Shown: positions 57,042 to 64,000 of the stretch, in pieces | How the letters are laid out: each line of letters opens with the position of its first letter | How positions within the stretch are numbered: the stretch's first letter is position 1 | Assembly: GCA_027491435.1 (NCBI GenBank) | Contig: JAOZFG010000004.1 | Span: 160,001 to 224,000 of the forward strand | Direction of reading: 5' to 3' | DNA length: 64,000 nt | From: Thermoproteota archaeon | GTDB lineage: Archaea; Korarchaeota; Korarchaeia; Korarchaeales; Korarchaeaceae | The notes under the pieces: model-generated | Told to the model about the DNA's origin: nothing | The model's database searches: none | What the model saw: only the letters and a program-made list of their open reading frames with translations | Made by a program: the position numbers and the translations under genes

Positions 57042-57809
57042 TTGACCAACGAGAAATCCGAGTACATCTTGATCACTGAGAACCTCACCAAGAGGTTCGG
57101 TGGGCTAATAGCAGTGAACAATGTGTCAATTAAGGTTAAGAGGAACTCCCTGACCATGTTGATGGGCCCCAACGGTGCTGGTAAATCCACTTTCGTTAAT
57201 ACTTGTACTGGAGTGCTCAAGCCTGATGGAGGGAAGGTAATATTCGACGGCGTCGACATAACTGGATGGCCGCCCCACAAAGTTTACAGGGCCGGCTTCG
57301 TGAGAACTTTCCAAATTCCAGCCCCCTTCCAGAAGCTTACTGTGCTTGAAAACGTGCTTGCTTCAATGAGTCACAGTGGAGAAAGCCCGATAAGGGCTCC
57401 AATAAGGCCTCTTTGGATCAAAGAGGAAGAGGAGAAGGTTGAAAGGGCGTTTGAAATACTGAAGAACGTGGGCCTAGAGGATCACTGGGACGTCGAGGCC
57501 TTCAGGCTTGGAGGGGGGCAACTTAAGATGTTGGAGGTCTCAAGAGCGTTAGCTACGGGAGCTAAGCTAATAGCCCTGGACGAGCCGATAGGAGGAGTGG
57601 ACCCAGCCTACGCCGGAAACATACTAACCTACGTGAGCAACTTAAGGAAGAAGTGGGATGTCACCTTCCTGTTGATAGAGCACAGAATAGACATAGCTCT
57701 GCCCTTCGCCGATTACGTTTATGTGATGGACAGGGGCAAGCTGATAGCGGAAGGCCTACCGGATGAGGTTGCAAATAACCCGAAGGTTATAGAAATATAC
57801 ATAGGGTGA
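57042..57809 (+). CDS. livG: Branched-chain amino acid ABC transporter ATPase
   Basis: KRFGGL.AV, GPNGAGKST, RTFQ, LDEP, IEH. Confidence 0.92.
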   Translation: MTNEKSEYILITENLTKRFGGLIAVNNVSIKVKRNSLTMLMGPNGAGKSTFVNTCTGVLKPDGGKVIFDGVDITGWPPHKVYRAGFVRTFQIPAPFQKLTVLENVLASMSHSGESPIRAPIRPLWIKEEEEKVERAFEILKNVGLEDHWDVEAFRLGGGQLKMLEVSRALATGAKLIALDEPIGGVDPAYAGNILTYVSNLRKKWDVTFLLIEHRIDIALPFADYVYVMDRGKLIAEGLPDEVANNPKVIEIYIG

Positions 57810-57813
57810 TCCT

Positions 57814-58530
57814 ATGGTCCTTCTGGAGACAAAAAATCTTTACTCAGGTTATGGCAAACTCAAGGTTCTTTTTGATATAAACTTCCAAGCCAGGGAGGGG
57901 GAGATCACCGTAGTGGTAGGCCCTAACGGGGCCGGCAAGACGACCCTTCTTAACAGCATAATGGGCATAGCCACAATTCACAGCGGTAACGTTTACTTTG
58001 AGGGACAGGATGTAACTAGAATTCCCCCCTATAAGAAGGCTAGGATGGGTATCGCCTACCTACCACAGCTAGGCAACGTAGCGGCTGGCTTGAGCGTGGA
58101 GGAGAATCTGAAAATAGCTGGTTACCTAATGCCTAAGGATGAGGTTCCTGAGAGAGTTGAGGAAATACTTGATATGTTTCCTAAGCTAAGAGAGCTTAGG
58201 AAGAGAAAGGCTGGCACTCTAAGTGGTGGAGAGAGGCGTATGTTGGCTATAGGCATGGCCCTCATGAGGAAGCCCAAAATACTTATGCTGGACGAGATGA
58301 CCACGGACTTAGCACCAATACTCGTCAAGCAGGTCCTCAACACAGTAGTTGAGCTGAGGGATGAGCACAAACAGACCATACTCATGGTGGAGCAGCACGC
58401 TAAGAGGGCCCTCGAGATAGGGGACAGAGGGTACTTGCTGGTCAGCGGTGAGATAAGGTATGAAGGCAACGCTAAGGAACTTCTCGAGCACCCGCAGTTC
58501 GCCAAACTGTACCTGGGTATAATAAGGTGA
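57814..58530 (+). CDS. livF: Branched-chain amino acid ABC transporter ATPase
   Basis: GPNGAGKTT, LSGGERRML, LDE...LAP, VEQ, YLG. Confidence 0.92.
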   Translation: MVLLETKNLYSGYGKLKVLFDINFQAREGEITVVVGPNGAGKTTLLNSIMGIATIHSGNVYFEGQDVTRIPPYKKARMGIAYLPQLGNVAAGLSVEENLKIAGYLMPKDEVPERVEEILDMFPKLRELRKRKAGTLSGGERRMLAIGMALMRKPKILMLDEMTTDLAPILVKQVLNTVVELRDEHKQTILMVEQHAKRALEIGDRGYLLVSGEIRYEGNAKELLEHPQFAKLYLGIIR

Positions 58531-58574
58531 GTGCCCTACCACACACAATCTTTATTAGACTCTAACCTGGGAGT

Positions 58575-59015
58575 GTGGTCGAGGAGATACCCTTGGATAA
58601 AGTGGAGGAGATAGGGATAAACTGGAACAAAATAGCTGAGAGGATCAACGAGGACCCCTATGAATTCTTGGAGATGGGTCCCACCAGAATGAGGAAACTG
58701 GTAATGGAGAACCTGAAGCCGCTGGCGCGCTTCGTCGGTGCCAAGGCAATAGTCTACGAGTGCGGCAAGTGGTACGCTAGAATTGAGAGGGTCGAGCTCG
58801 ATGAGGACTACCCAGAGGTGAGCGAGGTGATAGACAAGGAGTGCTATGTATCACTTGAAGACGAAAACGGCTGCGAGGTCGTAGTGCTGGCTATCAGGGA
58901 GGACGAGACCGGTGAGTTGGAGGGCTTTGCCAGGTCGGCTGGCGAAATACTGGAGATCTTCTTGAGGGGGCAGGTCTGTGACAGCCAAGACCTAGACTTC
59001 GACGACGCGTGGTGA
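58575..59015 (+). CDS. Hypothetical acidic protein
   Basis: 146-aa ORF with typical codon usage. Confidence 0.7.
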   Translation: MVEEIPLDKVEEIGINWNKIAERINEDPYEFLEMGPTRMRKLVMENLKPLARFVGAKAIVYECGKWYARIERVELDEDYPEVSEVIDKECYVSLEDENGCEVVVLAIREDETGELEGFARSAGEILEIFLRGQVCDSQDLDFDDAW

Positions 59016-59016
59016 G

Positions 59017-59889
59017 ATGAGACTAGCTGAGAGGGTAGCCATAGCCTCCTTGCTAGTTTCATTGATAATAGCCTTAACAAAGGTTTATATATTCCTAGTC
59101 ACCAGCAGCGTCGTCGTACTAGCTGAGACTGTTGACTCCTTAGGAGATGTGTTAACCTCTGCTATAGCGTTAATTAGTGTGAGGTTCTCGGGGGTTCCCC
59201 CGGACGAGGACCACCCTTACGGACATGAAAAGATTGACAGCCTCTTCGGGATGCTCTCCTCCTTTCTCCTAATAGAGCTAGAGATTGTTGTCTTATTTAA
59301 CGCTTTGACCTCTCTAGTAAAGGGCCCTAACCCCCCTAGGGTTGACAATTGGGTCCTGGCGACCTTCGCATCGCTCTCATTGGTAAACCTCTTAAGGTCT
59401 CTATACCTCTGGAGGGCGGGAGAAGAGGAGACCAGCAGGACTCTTAAATCAGAGGCAATAAATTACGGTTGGGATTCGGGCAGGACTATTTTGGTGGCCG
59501 GCTTACTTCTTATAGCTAGGGAGTTTGCGCCTTGGGTTGATCCGACCTCGGCCCTGGTTATAACATCTCTAGTTATTCCATCAACCCTGAGGGTGTTCAT
59601 CTCCTCAGCAAAGGACCTGATAGATATGATAGAACCTAAGATCCTAGTGGAGGTTGGCTCGGTGATAGGCTCCATCAAGGGAGTGAGGTCGGTGAAGTAC
59701 GTTAGGGCTAGGAGGGTCGGTGGAAAGCTGTTTGTTGACTCCTTGATATGCGTGGAAGACCACATGAAGCCCGAGGATATAAAGAGGATGCATAGGGAGG
59801 TGAGGGCCGAGTTGGAGAGGAGGTTTGGTAAGGTGGACGTGGTACTTTCAGTCACCCCACCTGAAACTCACAGTTTGAACTCCTCATAA
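59017..59889 (+). CDS. Cation diffusion facilitator (FieF-like) transporter
   Basis: PPDEDHPYGH.K, D...A, VRAR.VG. Confidence 0.9.
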   Translation: MRLAERVAIASLLVSLIIALTKVYIFLVTSSVVVLAETVDSLGDVLTSAIALISVRFSGVPPDEDHPYGHEKIDSLFGMLSSFLLIELEIVVLFNALTSLVKGPNPPRVDNWVLATFASLSLVNLLRSLYLWRAGEEETSRTLKSEAINYGWDSGRTILVAGLLLIAREFAPWVDPTSALVITSLVIPSTLRVFISSAKDLIDMIEPKILVEVGSVIGSIKGVRSVKYVRARRVGGKLFVDSLICVEDHMKPEDIKRMHREVRAELERRFGKVDVVLSVTPPETHSLNSS

Positions 59890-61220
59890 ATTGCTCTGGC
59901 TGCCTCAACCCCATCCTTCCCATCTACCACGAAGGATATATTTATCTCGGAGGATCCCTGGGATATCATCTTCACGTTAATACCCCTCTCGGCAACCGCT
60001 TTAAAGACCCTGGCAGCAACCCCTGGGGTGCCCCTCATACCGGCCCCTATGGCTGAAACCACCGACAAGTTATCCTCAACACTTATCTCAGAGAATATAG
60101 GCCCTAGCAGCAAGTCCTCAAGCACGTTAGAGGTCATGGAAGAGTCCTTTCCGTCTACAACTAAGGATATGGACGACTCAGAGACACTCTGAGAGATCAT
60201 CAACACGTTAATTCCGTGATCTCCCAACACCGTGAACAACCTTCCAGCCGTCCCGGGCCTCCCTATCATCCCCACTCCCCTCACTGTTATTATGGAAACG
60301 TCCTCTCTGAGACCTACGGCCTTAACTATGCCCTCCTTCACCTCCTCCTCTTTACTGACTAGCGTTCCCGGGTCCTCTCTCTTCCAGAAGTTCCTTATCC
60401 TGACGGGGACCTCCTTTCTCATCGCAGGCTCCAGAAACTTGGGGTGCATTCCCTTTGCCCCGAAGAAGGAGAGCTCAATTGCCTCCCTGTAGGAGACCTT
60501 CCTTAAGACCCTGGGATTCTTGACAACTTTAGGGCTCACTGACAGGAGGCCGTCTACGTCAGTCCATAGCACGACTTCATCAGCCCTCAAGGCTGCCCCA
60601 ATTAAGGTGGCCGTTAAGTCGCTACCTCCCCTGCCTAGAGTAGTTACCCTGCCATCTTGGGTTTCCCCAGTGAATCCAGCGACTACTGGAAGGGTGTCAG
60701 GCAGCAAAGCCCCAAGCCTATTCCTTATGTAGACTTCTGAAGCCCTGTAAAGGGGGTTAGCGTCTCCAAACCTGTCATCTGTTACAATTCCAGCCTCCCC
60801 TCCCATCATGAACCTGGCGTTTATCCCCCTCCTCCTCAGCTCCTTGACCACTATATTACCGACGAGCCTTTCACCGAAAGATGCTACGAAATCCCTGGAC
60901 TTGGGGCTCAACTCTCCCAAGTAGAAGATGCCAGTTAACGCCCTCTCCAATATTGAGAGGTCCTCGTCTATCGCGCCTCTAAGGTCTAAAGCCGCCATAA
61001 CTTCATCGTGTATCTCCCTAAGCTTTAGAAACTTGTTTTTGAGCTCCTCTTCCTTTCCTTCACTGGCTAAGTAAGCCATGTCTAGCAGCAAATCTGTGAC
61101 CCCCTTAACGGCCGAGACTACAGCTACATTTCCCTGGCCTTGACCCTCGAGGTAGTCTATTACCTTCAGGACGTCCTCAGGTAGCCTCATCACCGAGCCT
61201 CCAAATTTCATTACAAGCAT
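59868..61220 (-). CDS. lysC: Aspartate kinase with ACT domains
   Basis: KFGGS, VVSA, TTLGRGGSD, WTDVDG, SQGSSE. Confidence 0.95.
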   Translation of the reverse strand: MLVMKFGGSVMRLPEDVLKVIDYLEGQGQGNVAVVSAVKGVTDLLLDMAYLASEGKEEELKNKFLKLREIHDEVMAALDLRGAIDEDLSILERALTGIFYLGELSPKSRDFVASFGERLVGNIVVKELRRRGINARFMMGGEAGIVTDDRFGDANPLYRASEVYIRNRLGALLPDTLPVVAGFTGETQDGRVTTLGRGGSDLTATLIGAALRADEVVLWTDVDGLLSVSPKVVKNPRVLRKVSYREAIELSFFGAKGMHPKFLEPAMRKEVPVRIRNFWKREDPGTLVSKEEEVKEGIVKAVGLREDVSIITVRGVGMIGRPGTAGRLFTVLGDHGINVLMISQSVSESSISLVVDGKDSSMTSNVLEDLLLGPIFSEISVEDNLSVVSAIGAGMRGTPGVAARVFKAVAERGINVKMISQGSSEINISFVVDGKDGVEAARAIYEEFKL

Positions 61221-62221
61221 CTCCCATCACCTGCAAGCCTGACCTTTAACTCTACCAAGTCCCTGATAACGGCGGCAGCGGTCTCCCTGCCGCCAGCACC
61301 CTTACCGACTAAAGTTTGTTTGCCAGAGATCTCCGCCTCAACTTGAAGGGCGTTTAAAGCCCCCTTCACGTTTAAGGGGCTCTTCAAGCTGATCCTCTGG
61401 GGTTTCACGAGGTGACTTTCCCCGTCGGAGTAGGCGATGAGCTTGTAGGTTTCGCCATTTCTTAAGGCATCGCTCACGTTTTCAAGCCCTATGTCCCTAA
61501 TTCCCTCTACTTCGACGTCTCTTAAGGTTACCCCGCTCTGAAACGCCACGTTCGACAGGATTACGAGCTTGGCAGCGGAGTCCCACCCATCGACGTCGGC
61601 GCTGGGATCAGCCTCGGCATACCCCAATTTCTGAGCCTCTTTCAACGCTTTCTCAAAGCTAAGGCCCTCTTCCATCCTAGTCAGGATGTAGTTAGTGGTC
61701 CCATTTATTATCCCCCTGATTCTGATAACTCTCTCGCCTAGGAGGCACCTGCTAACGAACCTTATGAAGGGAGTACCTCCTCCCACAGCCCCGCTGAACA
61801 GGAAGTGAACCCCGTTATATTCGGCCAGCTCCATCAGAGCTGGCATCTCGACGGCTAACGGGCCTTTATTGGCGGTGATCACATGCTTGCCCGCCGAGAG
61901 GGCCTCCCTTATGTACCTCACTGCTGGCATCCCGTCTTTCAGGTTAGTTGGGGTGAGCTCCACTAAGACGTCCGTACCCCCCTTGATCAACTCGGTCAGG
62001 CTAGCTCTGTTAGGATGGTCGTTCAGGATCCCCCTTTCCTTCATCTTCAGGATCTCTGCTATGTTAAGGCCTTCTTCGTTATACACGGCGGTCTTCGAGT
62101 CGGCAACTCCCACCACCTTCAAGTTTAACCCATATTTGCTCTTCAACTCATGCCCTCTCTCCTGTACTTCCCTCAGCAGGGCCCTACCTACTGTCCCAAG
62201 CCCTATGATCACCGCTTTCAT
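61211..62221 (-). CDS. hom: Homoserine dehydrogenase
   Basis: GLGTVG, TANKGP, VGGG.P, INGTTNYIL, GYAEADP, G.GAGG.ETA. Confidence 0.95.
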   Translation of the reverse strand: MKAVIIGLGTVGRALLREVQERGHELKSKYGLNLKVVGVADSKTAVYNEEGLNIAEILKMKERGILNDHPNRASLTELIKGGTDVLVELTPTNLKDGMPAVRYIREALSAGKHVITANKGPLAVEMPALMELAEYNGVHFLFSGAVGGGTPFIRFVSRCLLGERVIRIRGIINGTTNYILTRMEEGLSFEKALKEAQKLGYAEADPSADVDGWDSAAKLVILSNVAFQSGVTLRDVEVEGIRDIGLENVSDALRNGETYKLIAYSDGESHLVKPQRISLKSPLNVKGALNALQVEAEISGKQTLVGKGAGGRETAAAVIRDLVELKVRLAGDGRCL

Positions 62222-62281
62222 TAACCATGCCTAATAGTCTAGAATTAAAAAGGGGAGGCCCCTAAAATACCAGTGATAAAA

Positions 62282-62923
62282 ATGTCGCTGATTAAGGAGG
62301 AGATAAAAATCTTATTGTATGAGATCAGGAAATTGAGTAATATTGCATTGGAGTTAACGGGACTTTGCGTAGAAGTTTTCGTCAATAAGAGAAAAGTAGA
62401 CGGGTTAGTTAAGCAGGTGGAGGAGAAGAGCAACGTGATAAGTTTCTCATACATGGAGCTTAAGGAGAAGGTTTCTCAGGTTATAGCCAGGTATCAGCCG
62501 ATGGCTGATGACCTGAGAACCCTGATCTCCATCATGGAGATTGGGTACGGGCTTAATAGGCTGGGCAGGTACTCAAGGAATATAGCTCAGGTGTTGGAGG
62601 CCTTCCAAGAGGTGGAGAGGTGCGACACGTCAATAGTGGTGACCCCGGCTGAAGTGGTCAACAGGATGGTTGAGATGGCCCTGAAGGCCTACGAGGAGAG
62701 GGACGCTTCCTTGGCTAGGGAGGTTATCTCCATGGACGACACAGTGGATGGAGCTTACAACTCCTACATGAAGAAGGTTATCGAGGGTGAGGAGAAAGAT
62801 CCCAAGTGCGCCGTGGCCAACACCCTCATACTCAGGTATCTGGAGAGGATGGCGGATCACGCCGTTCAGATAGCCGAAGAGTCCCTCTACATGATAGAGG
62901 GCTCCTATCTAATCGGACGCTAG
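62282..62923 (+). CDS. phoU: Phosphate uptake regulator PhoU
   Basis: IARYQPMADDLR, DD.VD, YLERMADHA..IAE. Confidence 0.9.
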   Translation: MSLIKEEIKILLYEIRKLSNIALELTGLCVEVFVNKRKVDGLVKQVEEKSNVISFSYMELKEKVSQVIARYQPMADDLRTLISIMEIGYGLNRLGRYSRNIAQVLEAFQEVERCDTSIVVTPAEVVNRMVEMALKAYEERDASLAREVISMDDTVDGAYNSYMKKVIEGEEKDPKCAVANTLILRYLERMADHAVQIAEESLYMIEGSYLIGR

Positions 62924-63934
62924 CCTCTTCCTCAGCTCTTCTAATAGGAGGGGGATCACCTCTCTGTAATCTGCCACCACCCCATAGTCACAACTCTCGA
63001 ATATGGGGGCTTTGGGGTCCCTGTTTATGGCCACTATCACCTTGGCCGATTGGACGCCGACCATGTGCTGGGAGGTACCTGATATGCCTACAGCTATGTA
63101 GAGGTCCGGCCTTATGGTCTTCCCAGTCTGTCCAACTTGTCTACTTCTGGGAAGCCATCCCAGGTCTACTATCTTCCTGCTACCGGCCAAGGCCCCGCCC
63201 AATAGGCGAGCCAGCTCCCTTAACATTTCCAGCCCTTTAGGGATGCCCAACCCGTATCCGCCTGCGACCACCACCTTGGCCTTGTCGATGGGCATCTCAA
63301 CCTGAGACGTCTCCCTAAACTCCAGAAGCTCAACTTCTGAGGGATCAACCTTAACGGGCTCTCTTATTACCTCACCACTTCTGTTCTCATCTCTCGGCGG
63401 TGTTGGAAAGACGTTGGGCCTGACTGAGGCCATCTGAGGCCTCCTATCTGGCGTCACTATCTTAGCAAATATCTTGCCGCCGAAGGCGGGCCTAATCTGG
63501 ATCAAGTTTCCCCTCTCATCCACGTCAAAGGCGGTGCAGTCGGCAGTCAACCCCGTCCTCAAGGGAATAGCTACTGAGCTAGCAACCTCCCTGCCCCTTC
63601 TCGTCCCGGGAAAGAGCACTATTTCGGGTTTGTACTTCACTATTAGTTTGTAGAGGGCTTGGGAGTACTTCTGTGGGTTATACGTGAGTAAATCGGGACT
63701 ATCAGCGACGATCACCTGATCGGCCCCCCGATAAATGGCCTCCTTGGGCAGATCTCCCAGATCATGCCCTACGATTATTCCCGTTAGGGGAACCTCCAAC
63801 CTGTCAGCCAGCCTTCTCCCCTCTCCTAAGAGTTGGAGGGACGCCTCCTCTATCGAGTCTCCCCAAGTCTCCAGGAAGACCCATACGCCCCTCCACTCAT
63901 CCTTGTTGACGGGGGGCCATTCCTTACAGACCAC
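62909..63934 (-). CDS. etfA: Electron transfer flavoprotein alpha subunit
   Basis: GLTADCT, RPAFGG, QVGQTGK, GISG..QH, AIN.D..APIF. Confidence 0.95.
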   Translation of the reverse strand: MVCKEWPPVNKDEWRGVWVFLETWGDSIEEASLQLLGEGRRLADRLEVPLTGIIVGHDLGDLPKEAIYRGADQVIVADSPDLLTYNPQKYSQALYKLIVKYKPEIVLFPGTRRGREVASSVAIPLRTGLTADCTAFDVDERGNLIQIRPAFGGKIFAKIVTPDRRPQMASVRPNVFPTPPRDENRSGEVIREPVKVDPSEVELLEFRETSQVEMPIDKAKVVVAGGYGLGIPKGLEMLRELARLLGGALAGSRKIVDLGWLPRSRQVGQTGKTIRPDLYIAVGISGTSQHMVGVQSAKVIVAINRDPKAPIFESCDYGVVADYREVIPLLLEELRKRLASD

Positions 63935-64000
63935 CCTTCAACACCTCCAGAATCTTATCCGCCAACCACTTAGCAGCCTCAGCCGCCTCGCCCTGAAAGA
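63924..64000 (-). CDS. etfB: C-terminal end of probable ETF beta subunit (5' part outside the window)
   Basis: FQGEAAEAAKWLADKILEVLKGGL* overlapping the etfA start. Confidence 0.65.
   Translation of the reverse strand, partial: FQGEAAEAAKWLADKILEVLKGGL

Noticed and set aside
140-63305. Numerous 60-150 aa ORFs antisense or out of frame to recognised genes (for example 140..391, 9244..9519, 21104..21493, 27906..28355, 62806..63240)
   Set aside because: Shadow ORFs: Ser/Leu/Pro-rich, no motifs, and fully overlapping well-supported genes.
1-64000. CRISPR arrays, rRNA genes, transposases
   Set aside because: No regularly spaced repeats, rRNA-like sequence or transposase motifs seen.

Overview
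Gene-dense 64 kb segment of a thermophilic archaeal chromosome. Histone, eS25, Tsr3, DTD2, tetraether synthase and GGAGGTGA-type Shine-Dalgarno (SD) sites point to a TACK-group archaeon, possibly Korarchaeota-like (inference). It holds about 65 mostly housekeeping CDS, one tRNA-Arg(TCG) and one C/D-box guide sRNA. I saw no CRISPR array or transposase. The main observation is that both aminoacyl-tRNA synthetase genes (trpS and cysS) begin with a short ATG-initiated ORF ending GGGTGACG-NN-(C/T)TT-[cognate Trp or Cys codon]-TGA, with the synthetase body in the +1 frame. This is a prfB-like architecture and suggests amino-acid-sensing +1 programmed ribosomal frameshifting as feedback control of synthetase expression. 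Other notable items: apparent ATA/ATT/ATC initiation, a surface protein with a cytoplasmic PIN-like domain, a BacA-DedA fusion, an MFS-DUF47 fusion, and probable pseudo-enzymes (NifS lacking the catalytic Cys, AdoMetDC lacking the pyruvoyl Ser). All product calls come from motif recognition by eye, not database searches.
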